A stretch of 64,000 bases of DNA, taken from a virus. Shown piece after piece: positions 62,371 to 64,000 of this stretch; position 1 is the stretch's first letter, and each line of letters opens with the position of its first letter. The notes beneath the pieces are model-generated. The model searched no databases. It was not told where the DNA came from and saw only the letters and a program-made list of their open reading frames with translations. The stretch covers positions 1-64,000 of the IMG/VR virus record IMGVR_UViG_3300009068_000028. One strand, 5' to 3'. Both the position numbers and the translations under genes were made by a program.

Positions 62371-63054
62371 CTCGTATTGCGAAGGATCTGGAAACATATC
62401 CTTTAAGATAAAATCAAGTATAAAGTCAAAGTTTGAGTCGTGACTAGATATGTAGTTTAGGTCTTCTTTAATGAGGTCGTGGAACTTACCCTTTAATTCT
62501 GTATTACTATATACTTTCACATCGTAAGTCTTTGTGCCACCTACATTATAAACATTTCCATATGTTGATCTATGCAGTGTTTTATGATTTAATACTTCAA
62601 GAAGCTTTGCCTTGTTCATAGGCATAGGAACATGTAGTTCGTAATCTAAAGTATTTGCAATACCCATTCTATTTAAATAGTTTTGTGTCTTGCTAAACAG
62701 TCTTTGATATCCATAATTGGTTTGTCCTGTGTCTGAATAAGATGCAAGAACTTCTTGGATTGTTCCAGAATAAAAGTATTCAACCTTATCTAATTTTTTT
62801 ACAGTAAAAAAGTCATCATTCATTAAAACAAAATCATCACTTATATCCTCTGTTGCACAGATAACATCTAATTGTTTCCAGACGTTAGGATGTCCTATAC
62901 CAGTTTGTTGTACATAAATATAATCTCCTGTATACCAGTCTGGCTTGCCACCGACTACCCAGATACGACCTTCTGGTAAATTTTTCACGGTAGATCTAAT
63001 TGAGTATCTTAACTCTTCATTGTCTCCAGGACGGCAAACATAAACGTAATCCAT
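62362..63054 (-). CDS. Stealth-like (hexose-1-phosphate transferase) protein
   Basis: MDYVY, EELRYSIRS, FVLMNDDFF and HVPMP match Stealth CR1-CR3-type motifs. Confidence 0.6.
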   Translation of the reverse strand: MDYVYVCRPGDNEELRYSIRSTVKNLPEGRIWVVGGKPDWYTGDYIYVQQTGIGHPNVWKQLDVICATEDISDDFVLMNDDFFTVKKLDKVEYFYSGTIQEVLASYSDTGQTNYGYQRLFSKTQNYLNRMGIANTLDYELHVPMPMNKAKLLEVLNHKTLHRSTYGNVYNVGGTKTYDVKVYSNTELKGKFHDLIKEDLNYISSHDSNFDFILDFILKDMFPDPSQYENP

Positions 63055-63105
63055 TGTTAATCCAATCTTTATTTTATTATATCATTAACTGGTATAATGG
63101 TTGTA

Positions 63106-63354
63106 ATGAGCGTGTCAGAACATCTGGCGGTCCTTAGAGCCTACAAAGAGGACAAGGGTTGCACTGACTGCGGTTATAAATACCCTCATTTTATTCTTGA
63201 GTTTGACCACAAGCCAGGTTATCGTAAGCTTGATAACGTCTATAGAGTACTAAAGAAGTACGGAATAGAGATGGCTTGGAAAGAAATAAGAAAGTGTGAA
63301 GTTGTTTGTTCTAACTGCCACAAGATAAGAACAAACGATAGAGAAGAATCTTAA
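63106..63354 (+). CDS. HNH endonuclease
   Basis: CTDCG...LEFDH...KCEVVCSNCHKIRT. Confidence 0.8.
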   Translation: MSVSEHLAVLRAYKEDKGCTDCGYKYPHFILEFDHKPGYRKLDNVYRVLKKYGIEMAWKEIRKCEVVCSNCHKIRTNDREES

Positions 63355-63563
63355 ACCTTTTTGTTAAGACGATCAATGACCCATTTGATTATAGAAATAC
63401 TGTCGTGATCTCCACGCTCAGTTTTTTCTTTAACAAGTAATCTAAGCTCATTCATAATACGTGAACGCTCTTCCAGTACAGCTGCTTGATAAAGCTCAAT
63501 AATATGATTTTCAATAATAGATATTTGTATCTGTGACTTTTTGTCAATGTGTAAGTTGCTCAT
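63351..63563 (-). CDS. Hypothetical protein
   Basis: ATG 7 nt after a minus-strand TATACT; EERSRI coiled motif. Confidence 0.5.
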   Translation of the reverse strand: MSNLHIDKKSQIQISIIENHIIELYQAAVLEERSRIMNELRLLVKEKTERGDHDSISIIKWVIDRLNKKV

Positions 63564-63619
63564 CTTATAAGTATACACCAATCAACACAAGATAGGTGTT
63601 GGCGTGGTATGATAGAGCT

Positions 63620-63742
63620 ATGACTTTTGAATATCCAATATACCCAGACCGCACCTATCGCATTGATGTAGATGGTGAACAGCATTACATTACAGGCGAC
63701 AACCTTATTGCCCTAGTACTTGACAAACTTAACGAGTCGTGA
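63620..63742 (+). CDS. Small hypothetical protein (40 aa, absent from the ORF track)
   Basis: MTFEYPIYPDRTYRIDVDGEQHYITGDNLIALVLDKLNES; TGGTATGAT 6 nt upstream. Confidence 0.55.
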   Translation: MTFEYPIYPDRTYRIDVDGEQHYITGDNLIALVLDKLNES

Positions 63743-63754
63743 GATAATGGGGGT

Positions 63755-63997
63755 ATGAGAAAAATATTCATACCCACACCTAGTAACCTTAAGCGTAGAG
63801 ACGAGCTAATGATGAAGCGTGGTGCTCAAAGAATGAAGAGCCGCCTTGTAGACCTTGTAGAAAGCCGTATGGAAAACGGTATCTTTGAGGCTCAGGCTGC
63901 TTATGACCAGGGTCATCCAGACACTGGAGCGTACCTTAGTGGTGCTGTTGCTGCTTGTACTGCAATTATTGGTTCTATCAGAAAGAGTGAATTCTAA
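63755..63997 (+). CDS. Hypothetical protein
   Basis: TTGACA-N17-GATAAT at 63720-63748, then ATG 6 nt later. Confidence 0.55.
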   Translation: MRKIFIPTPSNLKRRDELMMKRGAQRMKSRLVDLVESRMENGIFEAQAAYDQGHPDTGAYLSGAVAACTAIIGSIRKSEF

Positions 63998-64000
63998 TGA

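Overview
This 64-kb window is part of a large, AT-rich, tailed dsDNA phage, probably a siphovirus (HK97-type head module, tail tube, ~1,980-aa tape measure, no sheath gene in the window). The host is probably an actinobacterium: it carries whiB, class Ib nrdH/I/E/F, an FmdB-type Zn ribbon and many apparently leaderless genes. Gene order: tail-fibre-like genes; portal, protease/scaffold and capsid; head-tail and tail genes (to ~30.4 kb); replication and recombination (DnaB, primase, gp32-like SSB, DnaE, RecA, Cas4-like, RuvC-like); terminase; RNR; then an accessory region with 4 tRNAs, an M23 endolysin, a holin-like gene and glycosyltransferase-type genes. The main findings are: (1) the tail-assembly chaperones G and GT appear to be two duplicated genes with separate expression signals rather than a programmed frameshift product; (2) a stand-alone ~82-nt structured RNA at 60042-60123 has its own promoter and loop-loop complementarity; (3) a seven-gene glycan-building set includes exostosin-like and Stealth-like enzymes; (4) a modular protein has K-[AS] junctions resembling prohead-protease sites; (5) there are two promoter classes and widespread leaderless genes; (6) tRNA-Ile(UAU) and tRNA-Arg(UCU) are present; (7) a secreted protein probably starts at ATC. 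All protein family calls come from motif recognition by eye, with no database search.
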